Source of the DNA: a bacterium
Lineage (GTDB): Bacteria > Krumholzibacteriota > Krumholzibacteriia > G020349025
Direction: 5' to 3'
DNA length: 64,000 nt
NCBI GenBank assembly: GCA_031362565.1
Contig: JANLSU010000062.1
Location: 1 to 64,000 of the forward strand
The position numbers were made by a program, and so were the translations under genes. This document shows, one piece after another, positions 1-7,547 of this stretch (within the stretch, counting starts at the first letter, position 1; every line of letters begins with the position of its first letter). The notes beneath the pieces are model-generated. The model was not told the origin of the DNA and searched no databases. It saw nothing but the letters and a program-made list of their open reading frames with translations.

Positions 1-282
1 TCGTCGTGGCGCGAAAGCGGTTTGTCGTTGCGGGCGTTTGCGCAAGGTCAGGGTCTGAGTTTGTCGCGGCTGGCTCGTTGGAAGGCGCGCCTTCGCGCCG
101 GCGGGCAGCCGGTACAATTCCACCGCGTTGAGTTGGTGGAGCCAGCGGCGGCGCTGCAGACCATTGCCGGAAAACGTGTCGATGTCGTGCTGCGCGGTGG
201 TCGTCGGATCCGCGTTCGGCGTGGATTCGACGCTTCCTTGCTGGAAGCGGTCGCTCGCGCGGTGGAATCGTGGTCATGCTGA
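1..282 (+). CDS. tnpA: IS66 accessory protein TnpA (5'-partial)
   Basis: Frame open from base 1: WRESGLSLRAFAQGQGLSLSRLARW (HTH-like); overlaps tnpB. Confidence 0.85.
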   Translation, partial: SSWRESGLSLRAFAQGQGLSLSRLARWKARLRAGGQPVQFHRVELVEPAAALQTIAGKRVDVVLRGGRRIRVRRGFDASLLEAVARAVESWSC

Positions 283-656
283 CGCTGCCGTCCGCGGTAC
301 GGATCTACATGGCGTCCGAGCCGGTCGACTTGCGTCGCGGCTTCGACGGCTTGTCGGCCGCGACGCGTCACATCATTCGCGAGAATCCACTCTCGGGCCA
401 TTTGTTTGTCTTTGTGAATCGGCGCAGCAATCGGCTGAAGGTGCTCTTGTGGCAGCCGAGCGGCTTTCTGTTGCTGTACAAACGGCTCGAGCGCGGGACC
501 TTCAAGCGGCCTCGAGCGCCATCGCTGGGCGCGCGTCACATCGAAATGGACTCTGCCGAGCTCGCATTGATGATCGAAGGTATCGATCTCCGCGATGCGC
601 GGCGACGTACGCGATGGATTCCGCAGAATGCAGTTGCATCGGGTGTCGCGATGTGA
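276..656 (+). CDS. tnpB: IS66 accessory protein TnpB
   Basis: PVDLRRGFDGL, HLFVFVNRR, LLYKRLERGTF motifs. Confidence 0.95.
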   Translation: MLTLPSAVRIYMASEPVDLRRGFDGLSAATRHIIRENPLSGHLFVFVNRRSNRLKVLLWQPSGFLLLYKRLERGTFKRPRAPSLGARHIEMDSAELALMIEGIDLRDARRRTRWIPQNAVASGVAM

Positions 657-668
657 TTTAAGAGAGGT

Positions 669-2276
669 ATGCACACCGCAACACCAAAACCCGACGATCT
701 CGAAGCCGTCCGCGAAATGCTGAAGGCTCTCGTTGCCGAGAATCGTGGCGACGAGGCGGTCGAGGCCGCGGTCGCGATGCTCGGGAAACTGCGGTCGATC
801 AACACGGAGCTCATGCTCAAACTGGCCGCTCTGCGCCGCGAGCAGAGCGGCCGGCGGAGCGAGAAGATCGACCCGGCGCAGCTCTCGCTTCTGCTCCAGC
901 AGTGCAACGAGGCAATCGACGCGGAGCCGGAAGAAGAGGACGAGTCGACGCCGTCGGAGCATCCGGATGGCGAAGTGATCGACGAGGCGCCTCGGGAACG
1001 AAAGAAGAGACGCGGGAAGCGTATTGCGCCGACTATCCCGCGCGATGTCGTCCGTCATGAGTTGAATCCCGGAGAGCGTGCTTGTACCGGCTGCGGCGAG
1101 TCGATGCCACACATCGGCGACGACGTGAGCGAGATTTTGGAACTGGTGCCGGCACAATTTCGCGTGCAGGAGCATCACCGCGCCAAGTACGCATGCCCGA
1201 CGTGCAAGGAAACCGTCAAGACCGCTCCGGGCCCAGTGAAGCTGATCGAAAAAGGATTGCCGGGCCCGGGACTCTTGGCGCACGTCGTGCAGAGCAAGTA
1301 CGAGGATGCGTTGCCGCTCCAGCGGCTTCGGAAGATTTACCTGCGGGCCGGCGTCGATGTCTCGGTGTCGACGATGTGCGACTGGGTGGCGGCTGTCGCG
1401 GAGCAGCTGCGGCCGCTCGTCGACCGATTCTGGGATCTCACACTCGCGTCACACGTGCTGCAGATGGACGGCACGGGATTGAAGGTCCTGGACCGGGACG
1501 ACCCCGAGCACATTCGCAAAGGAACGATGTGGTGCCACGTGGGGGATCGCCGGTACGTCGTCTTCAAGTATTCGCCGACGGGCCGCGGTGACGATGGTCC
1601 GTGGACGAACCTCGCGGGGCGTGAGGGGTTAGTGCAGACGGACGCTGCGAATATCTTCGATCGGCTGCACAACGGCAAACGCGCCCATGCGATCGAGGTC
1701 GGATGTATGGCGCACGCACGACGGAAATTCTATCCGCTCCAGGATACCGATCCTCGAGTGGCCTATCCGCTCCAACTGATTGGCAAGCTCTACCAAGTCG
1801 AGCACGTTGCCGATCGACAGGGATTGTCGCCGGACCAGCGGGTCCAGATGCGACACCAGAAGTCGAAAACGATCCTCGAACGATTGCATCACTGGCTGGT
1901 CCGCACCGCGGCGAAGGAGCCACCGGAAGGCGTGCTCCACAAGGCTTGCGCGTATAGTGTGAATCATTGGGTGGCGCTGACACGCTTTCTCGAGGATGGC
2001 CGTCTCACACCCGACAACAACCTCTGCGAACTGCAGATTCGAAGTCTGGCGATTGGTCGCAAAAATTTCTTATTCGCCGGCTCCGATGCCGGCGCGGAGC
2101 ACGCGGCCATCCTCTACAGCTTCTTCCGCACCTGTGCGTTGCACGGCGTCGACGGCTACACGTACCTCATCGATGTCCTCGAGAAATTCGCGACTGGCTG
2201 GCCGGCGTCACGCATCGACGAACTCCTGCCCGACAACTGGCAGCAGGCTCGCGCTGAAGCCTCCACCACCAACTGA
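669..2276 (+). CDS. tnpC: IS66 transposase TnpC
   Basis: Leucine zipper + GRRSEK, zinc finger CTGC...CPTC, GCMAHARRKF, DNNLCE...GRKNFLF, terminal IDELLP. Confidence 0.96.
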   Translation: MHTATPKPDDLEAVREMLKALVAENRGDEAVEAAVAMLGKLRSINTELMLKLAALRREQSGRRSEKIDPAQLSLLLQQCNEAIDAEPEEEDESTPSEHPDGEVIDEAPRERKKRRGKRIAPTIPRDVVRHELNPGERACTGCGESMPHIGDDVSEILELVPAQFRVQEHHRAKYACPTCKETVKTAPGPVKLIEKGLPGPGLLAHVVQSKYEDALPLQRLRKIYLRAGVDVSVSTMCDWVAAVAEQLRPLVDRFWDLTLASHVLQMDGTGLKVLDRDDPEHIRKGTMWCHVGDRRYVVFKYSPTGRGDDGPWTNLAGREGLVQTDAANIFDRLHNGKRAHAIEVGCMAHARRKFYPLQDTDPRVAYPLQLIGKLYQVEHVADRQGLSPDQRVQMRHQKSKTILERLHHWLVRTAAKEPPEGVLHKACAYSVNHWVALTRFLEDGRLTPDNNLCELQIRSLAIGRKNFLFAGSDAGAEHAAILYSFFRTCALHGVDGYTYLIDVLEKFATGWPASRIDELLPDNWQQARAEASTTN

Positions 2277-2348
2277 CCCACCCGTTTGCACCCGGTCATA
2301 TTGCGCCGCGACCTCGACCACGCTACCCTGGGATTGTCGGACGGATAC

Positions 2349-2661
2349 GCATCAATCAGCCGTGGTCATCGCGATCCCCGCCTCGCTGCAGAACGCCATC
2401 TGGCTCTGACCGCTGACATCGAACCGTTCCAGAATCGTCCGCCACTCCGTCTCGCTCCGATGCGCGTACTTCTGGTCCTTCATCTTCGACTCCTACAGGG
2501 TGAAATAAAAAAACCGACTCACGTGCTCCTTCTTACACCGCACGATCGGGCCGTGGCTATGCCTCGCAAACTAGCCGCTTACGCCGCGAGCCCTCTACGG
2601 GCCGACGTCGACCGGAGCACGCTTCAAGCCGAGACGCTGACGGCGTAAAATAGCCGCTTAC
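2349..2661 (-). mobile_element. Remnant left end of a second IS66 element in opposite orientation
   Basis: The minus strand starts GTAAGCGGCTA at 2661 (IS66-type terminus) and contains a truncated tnpA. Confidence 0.7.
2352..2483 (-). pseudogene. tnpA: Truncated IS66 TnpA
   Basis: AGGAG RBS, then MKDQKYAHRSETEWRTILERFDVSGQSQMAFCSEAGIAMTTAD*, matching the TnpA N-terminal pattern W..I.E....SG.S..AFC...GI. Confidence 0.7.
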
Positions 2662-2780
2662 GTACGGAGAGCATCGACGACGTGCAGAAGAACTACGACA
2701 AGGTTGCCGCGGAGCTCTACTGAAGCACACCGGCCACGAGCGGTCAAGCGCGTCACTTATTTCGCCTGCGAGTGGAAGAA

Positions 2781-3347
2781 CTACCTATAAAGCTGTTTAA
2801 CGTGTCCCCACTCCACTGCTTGTGTAGATGACGCTTGGGTGATTCGCACACAAGCGAGGCTCACGCTCCGCGCTTCGATCGCGTGAGCGTGGGCCGGCGT
2901 TGCAAAGAACAAGGCCTGGACTCGGTATCCGCTTCCGACTGGCACCCCGTGCCTGACCAAGTCTAGCGGGCCTATCGTTTCCCAGATGCCTTCGCACTGT
3001 CTGGTGCCAAATCCAACGAGAACGGTCGATGTACCAACGGGTACGACAGATGAGCACGAGTCCGAAGAACCACTCGGAACCTGCACGATCGAGATATAGA
3101 CAGGGAACGGCTGAGACACGTCGCGCCGGTGAGTCAGAATTGAGACTGTTACTGGACCGTTGTTTTGTAGCAATGGGAAGGACACGCGTCCCACGTGCGA
3201 ATAGAACACTTGTCCACAGGACGAATCTACCCAAGCATCCGCGGATTCTACACAAACAGGCGTAGAACCCAGGCACATGTCTATTGACGAGAGTGCTTCC
3301 GCTCTCGCCCACGACAAAAGAACCACTATAGTTACAAGCCATCTCAT
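2781..3347 (-). CDS. Secreted Cys-rich hypothetical protein with C-terminal WGHVKQLYR tail
   Basis: Signal peptide MRWLVTIVVLLSWARAEA; ATGA overlap with the upstream gene; paralog of 3344..3994. Confidence 0.8.
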   Translation of the reverse strand: MRWLVTIVVLLSWARAEALSSIDMCLGSTPVCVESADAWVDSSCGQVFYSHVGRVSFPLLQNNGPVTVSILTHRRDVSQPFPVYISIVQVPSGSSDSCSSVVPVGTSTVLVGFGTRQCEGIWETIGPLDLVRHGVPVGSGYRVQALFFATPAHAHAIEARSVSLACVRITQASSTQAVEWGHVKQLYR

Positions 3348-3994
3348 CGAAAGAGCGCCTTCACCTGGCCCCAGCTGCTTGGCACAACAGCACTCACGGG
3401 GTGCGATACCACGCTTACACAACCAAGCCCTGGGCTGCCTTCTATTTCACCGGAAGTATCAAAGGCAGTGAGTTGCAATGCGTAATTGCTGCCCAGCGGC
3501 ACGAATTGTGTGATGTCAATGTCTATATATTCCCAGTAGTCGCAGTTCAAACTACCGCGCGCTACCATCACCACTTTGCCGGGATAGGCTGTGGGGCAGG
3601 CACCGCTCGGCCTACCGTCCATAGGTACGATCTCAACATACAGTGGGAAACGATCGCTGAAAGTTGCCAAGGCATTCACACCGACAGTAATCGGACCAAC
3701 ACAGCGAAGCGGATACCAGGCCATGCGACCCACAAAGAGCGTGTAACGTCTCGGACAGTCAAGATGAATGAGCCCACCTACAATTGCGTCGCGGCAGTAG
3801 GCGTCGCCGGGGCACGCCGCCAGATTCGCGGGCTGCCCAACCGCCGGTAGGGGCCACCACGCGACGAATCCAGCCAGACAAAGCACCCAACACACGCTGC
3901 TCGGTGCCGGGGTTCGTCGCGTGGTGTATCTCTCGGTATCAAGGGCCTGAAAAATTTCAGTCGCTACCTGTACCGAGTCTTGACTTGTCCCCAT
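3344..3994 (-). CDS. Secreted Cys-rich hypothetical protein with C-terminal WGQVKALFR tail (start uncertain)
   Basis: Hydrophobic signal-like segment; shares GP[IV]TV...FP[LV]Y[IV].IV with its neighbour. Confidence 0.75.
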   Translation of the reverse strand: MGTSQDSVQVATEIFQALDTERYTTRRTPAPSSVCWVLCLAGFVAWWPLPAVGQPANLAACPGDAYCRDAIVGGLIHLDCPRRYTLFVGRMAWYPLRCVGPITVGVNALATFSDRFPLYVEIVPMDGRPSGACPTAYPGKVVMVARGSLNCDYWEYIDIDITQFVPLGSNYALQLTAFDTSGEIEGSPGLGCVSVVSHPVSAVVPSSWGQVKALFR

Positions 3995-5187
3995 GTCACT
4001 CCACGGCTAGCATTGACTCGCGCCAGGTATCCAAAAGGGTCCGCGAGCCCTCGAGCACGCTGTGCAGCATCAACCAAGTCCCATTCTGGTATGAGTGTAC
4101 CTTGTGAATCGATCGGAACAAATCGTCCGGTACGCGCAAGACCAAACCATTGCAGTATGGCGTCAGCCTGATTTCGTTCTCCGGCCTTGCTTGCTTGGCA
4201 GTAGTCCCCGAGGTACCACGCCATCGTGCTCAGATCGTAAGAGTCGATCGTATTCAACGAAGTTCCGAATGGGTTGATATTGAATTTAAAGTTATGCCCG
4301 GATCCCAGAACGCCTGCATGCCCACTGAAACCCCAGTTCACCGGAGTAGAGGGACTCAAGAGAGGCACCAATGCGACGAGATCGGAAGTATCGACAAATC
4401 CTGGGCTTGCAGGCAGAAAGTCAGGGGTGGAGAAGTTTGTGATCAGCGTGGGCAAATTGCAGAAGGCCTCCGAGCCATTCGTCGCGACGAATCTTTGTTT
4501 CACATTGACTGTCTGACCGGGCGTATAGTTCCCGATAACGTCGGTCGTGGCCTCCTTATAGGTTCCCGGGTGATCCCAGCCGAACATGAGTATGAGGTGC
4601 CCCGCCGGTCCACCACTGTTGTTCATCCGCAACAACACCGTGGTTCCTTCCATGGCACCGCCGAAGATGTCTTTTACGTGGATATTGTTGTTACTGCTGA
4701 TCGGCCACGAGTTGTTTGTAGGCGCCTCAATCCGCGATCCGCAGTTGTAGTAAAGATTCGACGAATCATCTTCCTCGTCAATGGCTGGCGTTCCGGGGTC
4801 CAGATAGTAATCTAAAGCCCAAGTCCAGCCCGCGTATGGGCCCGGAGTTTCAAAGAGGGGCACAACCTCCTTGAGCAATTTGGGCGGGTTGAATGAGACC
4901 ATGCCGTCGTTTGGGCCGCCCTGGACTTCCGTTTTCCACGCAACATAGACTGGGAAGCTGCCGTCGAGCTGTTCCCACCAGTTAGCTGTATTGCCTTGGT
5001 AGGTAGGAGAGAGCTTTCCTTGAGCGGAAGGACCCGGGAAATCCACCCAACCCGGGGTCAACGTACATCCTAAGATGACGTACGTGTGCTGCGCAGAATC
5101 TAGAGGGAAGTCTAGATTGATGGACCCGCCGGCGTTGGCGGATGAGACAAAACACAGCAACATTAGTGTGGCGGTTAGGGTCCGCAT
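3964..5187 (-). CDS. Secreted hypothetical protein with dockerin/EF-hand-like repeats and C-terminal WGQVKTRYR tail
   Basis: Signal peptide MRTLTATLMLLCFVSSANA; repeats DFLPASPGFVDTSDL and NINPFGTSLNTIDSYDL. Confidence 0.8.
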   Translation of the reverse strand: MRTLTATLMLLCFVSSANAGGSINLDFPLDSAQHTYVILGCTLTPGWVDFPGPSAQGKLSPTYQGNTANWWEQLDGSFPVYVAWKTEVQGGPNDGMVSFNPPKLLKEVVPLFETPGPYAGWTWALDYYLDPGTPAIDEEDDSSNLYYNCGSRIEAPTNNSWPISSNNNIHVKDIFGGAMEGTTVLLRMNNSGGPAGHLILMFGWDHPGTYKEATTDVIGNYTPGQTVNVKQRFVATNGSEAFCNLPTLITNFSTPDFLPASPGFVDTSDLVALVPLLSPSTPVNWGFSGHAGVLGSGHNFKFNINPFGTSLNTIDSYDLSTMAWYLGDYCQASKAGERNQADAILQWFGLARTGRFVPIDSQGTLIPEWDLVDAAQRARGLADPFGYLARVNASRGVTWGQVKTRYR

Positions 5188-5401
5188 GGCGATACCTGCC
5201 ATTCGTCGAAAACTGTGACGATCGCCGCTCCGGACGGAACAACGCGTCAGCGCTTTGCCGGAGCCGCTCAAACCGTTTGTGCAGCATGACCCACATGAAC
5301 ACAAGTTTCAATCTCAGACCTCTGCTGGCCGTTCCACGACTTGGCGCTGGATCGACCCTGAAATCGTCCCGGAAGGCTTGTTGAGCAGCGTGCCCCTCTA
5401 T

Positions 5402-5435
5402 GACAGGCTCTTGGAAACGGGAGCTGTCTTTTTTT
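5402..5435 (+). terminator. Intrinsic terminator-like hairpin with T-tract
   Basis: GACAG(G)CTCT...GGAGCTGTC followed by 7 T. Confidence 0.6.
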
Positions 5436-5670
5436 GGCACACCCGCGAATTCCTTGCAGCTCGAAACGAACGCCGGCACCCAGTCGCCAAGGGGCGCGCC
5501 GTCATCACGCGAAAATAATCTCAGCCGCCGAGACTCCGCGTGACCGGCCACGCGAGCACGCAATCGAGGCCCCGGCCCCGCAACGTTTGCGCGGATCTGT
5601 TCAGTTCTGCAGGACCTGACACGCTAAAGGGTCTCGAAAGCGACACTTGGTGGCCCGGAACCAGGGCGAC

Positions 5671-5746
5671 TGAATAGTTAATTTATTAATAATCAGCTAA
5701 TTAGCTAGACTGGTGCCCCGTCGTTCCTCGTTGGTACGCGTGATGC
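5671..5746 (+). promoter_or_regulatory. sigma54-type promoter with upstream IHF-like site
   Basis: TGGTACGCGTGATGC (GG-N10-GC, 5732-5746); AATCAGCTAATTA (5691-5703, fits WATCARNNNNTTR) inside an AT-rich tract. Confidence 0.7.
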
Positions 5747-5812
5747 CTTACCACTCCCTCAGATTGCCGAGCGGGTCTAAACCAGATCCCCGGCGCAAAA
5801 GGAGGTGCCGAC

Positions 5813-6004
5813 ATGCAAGCAACAGTCATCGCAAACCAAGTGCAGGCCCAAGTGGCCGTCGACGAGTACCTGGGATTCAGCATCCAACAGAACAGCGGCT
5901 CCTACATCGCGAGCCCCACGGGATGGCAGGGAGAAGTCCTCCTCGCCGAGAGCATGCCGGTCCTGCGCCGCAAGATCTGGCGTTGGTGGCATCAGGTCCA
6001 GTGA
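5813..6004 (+). CDS. 63-aa small protein, paralog 1 (LRRxIxRWW family)
   Basis: AGGAGG RBS; clear similarity to 6388..6579. Confidence 0.85.
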   Translation: MQATVIANQVQAQVAVDEYLGFSIQQNSGSYIASPTGWQGEVLLAESMPVLRRKIWRWWHQVQ

Positions 6005-6300
6005 CTCTGATCCTCGGGCGTGTGGGACTCCCAGCGGGGAACCTCGCCAGTCCCAGCGCCCGGGGCCGTTCGCAGACCGAGTTTGGTTCGTCCCATCAAA
6101 AATCTGCCCGTTGCCGCACCCGGCCCGGTCAGCGCCACGACTTGGACAAGTTGTCGCGCCGACCGGGCCCCGCCTCTTTCGGGGCCGAATCGGACCGGCG
6201 CCGGACGTGGTGGAACTGTCGGACGCGCCGGCAGCACGCCCAAACGCGCTCTCACGGCCGCGCCGCGCGTGTCGCCGGCGCATTCGCGCTCTACCGGCGC

Positions 6301-6316
6301 GGGCATGCATCGTGCG
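6301..6316 (+). promoter_or_regulatory. sigma54-type promoter
   Basis: GGGCATGCATCGTGCG (GG-N10-GC) about 70 nt upstream of paralog 2. Confidence 0.5.
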
Positions 6317-6387
6317 AGTGCAACGAGTGATTCGGGTTGTCCTAATTGCCCCGGACAGCGAATCGCCCACGCGCGAGGGGGACCGCC

Positions 6388-6579
6388 GTGGCATCGAAAC
6401 GTCTACCGCAAGCTGCGACCGAGGACCTGTTTCTCGGTTACCGCATTCGCAAGCTCGGCGATGTGTATGTCGCAACGCCGCAGGAATGGGCGCAGGGGCG
6501 CGCGCAACTGCTTGCCGCCGCCAATCTGCCGGAACTGCGGCGCGAGATCGAACGCTGGTGGTACGAAGTCGGCGCCTGA
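6388..6579 (+). CDS. 63-aa small protein, paralog 2 (LRRxIxRWW family)
   Basis: GAGGGGG RBS, GTG start; DLFLGYRI...YVATPQEW...LPELRREIERWW aligns with paralog 1. Confidence 0.85.
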   Translation: MASKRLPQAATEDLFLGYRIRKLGDVYVATPQEWAQGRAQLLAAANLPELRREIERWWYEVGA

Positions 6580-6643
6580 TGCAGCGCCGATTCGGTTGGC
6601 ACTCGTGGCGGCGATCGCGCCGCGCACCAACGGCGCTTCGTAA

Positions 6644-6697
6644 TGACAAGTTGTCGCGGCGGGCCCGCGACGCCGCACCGGACGCGACAAGTTGACA
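6644..6697. promoter_or_regulatory. Paired palindromic GACAAGTTG(T/A)C motifs (candidate enhancer sites)
   Basis: TGACAAGTTGTCGCG (6644-6658) and CGCGACAAGTTGACA (6683-6697); the same GACAAGTTGTCGCG occurs at 6145-6158. Confidence 0.55.
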
Positions 6698-6797
6698 GGC
6701 CGCAAACCCGCCCCCAGAGCCATCGACAGACCGCGGCCGCGGTTCCAACACCGCCGCAGAACGCGACTTCCGAGATCCGAGTCACTGGGCAACAGGT

Positions 6798-6813
6798 TTG
6801 GTACGCGATGTGC
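6798..6813 (+). promoter_or_regulatory. sigma54-type promoter
   Basis: TTGGTACGCGATGTGC; the first 10 nt are identical to the promoter at 5731. Confidence 0.65.
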
Positions 6814-6824
6814 GGAGAGAGATG

Positions 6825-6917
6825 AATCTGCATGGACGACGGTGGTGGGGGTTCGCAGTGGTGAAACTGGTTGTGTGGGGGCGCACGCTAGTTTCGCGAC
6901 CCCCCCACCGCGTTCTT
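6825..6917 (+). ncRNA. Candidate sigma54-dependent small RNA (long imperfect hairpin)
   Basis: Starts about 12 nt after the -12 element; arms 6844-6856/6896-6909 and 6863-6870/6888-6895 pair; no convincing protein ORF. Confidence 0.4.
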
Positions 6918-6967
6918 GCAGGAACAGATCGAGCCGCGCGCCGAGATCCCCGCCACAAGCAGCGTTC

Positions 6968-7540
6968 TCACCGATCGAAAAGATCCGCGTGATAGAACGG
7001 CGCCAACGCCGCGACAACCGCCATCTCGAATGCCGTCGCCCGTGACAAGAGGCCGCGCGTCACATGCCCCCAGGTGCCGCCTTGGCTGCGGACGTCGGTC
7101 GCCTTCGCGACTCGATCAATCACTTCCCCCAAATCTTCGCCGGCACGCACCGGAACCGCGATGCAAGCCGGCAGCGCGACGCTCGGACCACACCCGAACG
7201 CACCGCGCCGGCCATCCCAGGCATAGCACCAACTTCGTAGCCACGCCGTGTCCGTGCCCTGGGGAGCATGCACGCCACCCTCGAGTCCGAGATACAAAGC
7301 CGCGTCCTGTCCTTCGGCTTCGAGCTCGGACTGCAGGGTCAGGGCGCGTTGCTCGGCACCGCGTTGCAACTCGTCGTCCGAAAGGGGCGTCGCGGCAACC
7401 CCGGAAAGAGTCGCCCGGAGTACGAGTTCGACGCCCGACCAGCGGGCCGGATCGAGCTCCGCCAAACGCTCGAGTACGGCACGCACCGCTTGGACCTTCG
7501 GCTCGCGCCGGGACGCGAGTGCGACACGTGGCGGTTGCAA
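6968..7540 (-). CDS. yjjX: Inosine/xanthosine triphosphatase (DUF84/NTPase_I-T family)
   Basis: VALAS...PKVQAV, GAEQRA, GLEGG, GEDLG, G..G..TRGLLSR motifs. Confidence 0.85.
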   Translation of the reverse strand: MQPPRVALASRREPKVQAVRAVLERLAELDPARWSGVELVLRATLSGVAATPLSDDELQRGAEQRALTLQSELEAEGQDAALYLGLEGGVHAPQGTDTAWLRSWCYAWDGRRGAFGCGPSVALPACIAVPVRAGEDLGEVIDRVAKATDVRSQGGTWGHVTRGLLSRATAFEMAVVAALAPFYHADLFDR

Positions 7541-7547
7541 CCGCGCC

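Larger units (their letters stand above)
1..2348 (+). mobile_element. IS66-family insertion sequence (left end outside the window)
   Basis: tnpA-tnpB-tnpC order. The right end ...GTCGGACGGATAC (2348) reads GTATCCGTCCGAC on the minus strand, resembling an IS66 GTA(A/T)-type terminal repeat. Confidence 0.9.

Noticed and set aside
48..1283. 411-aa minus-strand ORF
   Set aside because: Antisense shadow of the IS66 genes; no motifs.
5713..6751. Long overlapping Arg/Pro-rich ORFs (205-324 aa)
   Set aside because: High-GC artefacts; the two 63-aa paralogs have RBSs and mutual homology.
6798..6992. 64-aa ORF over the hairpin
   Set aside because: It starts inside the promoter, overlaps the yjjX end and is not protein-like; an RNA interpretation is preferred, though not proven.
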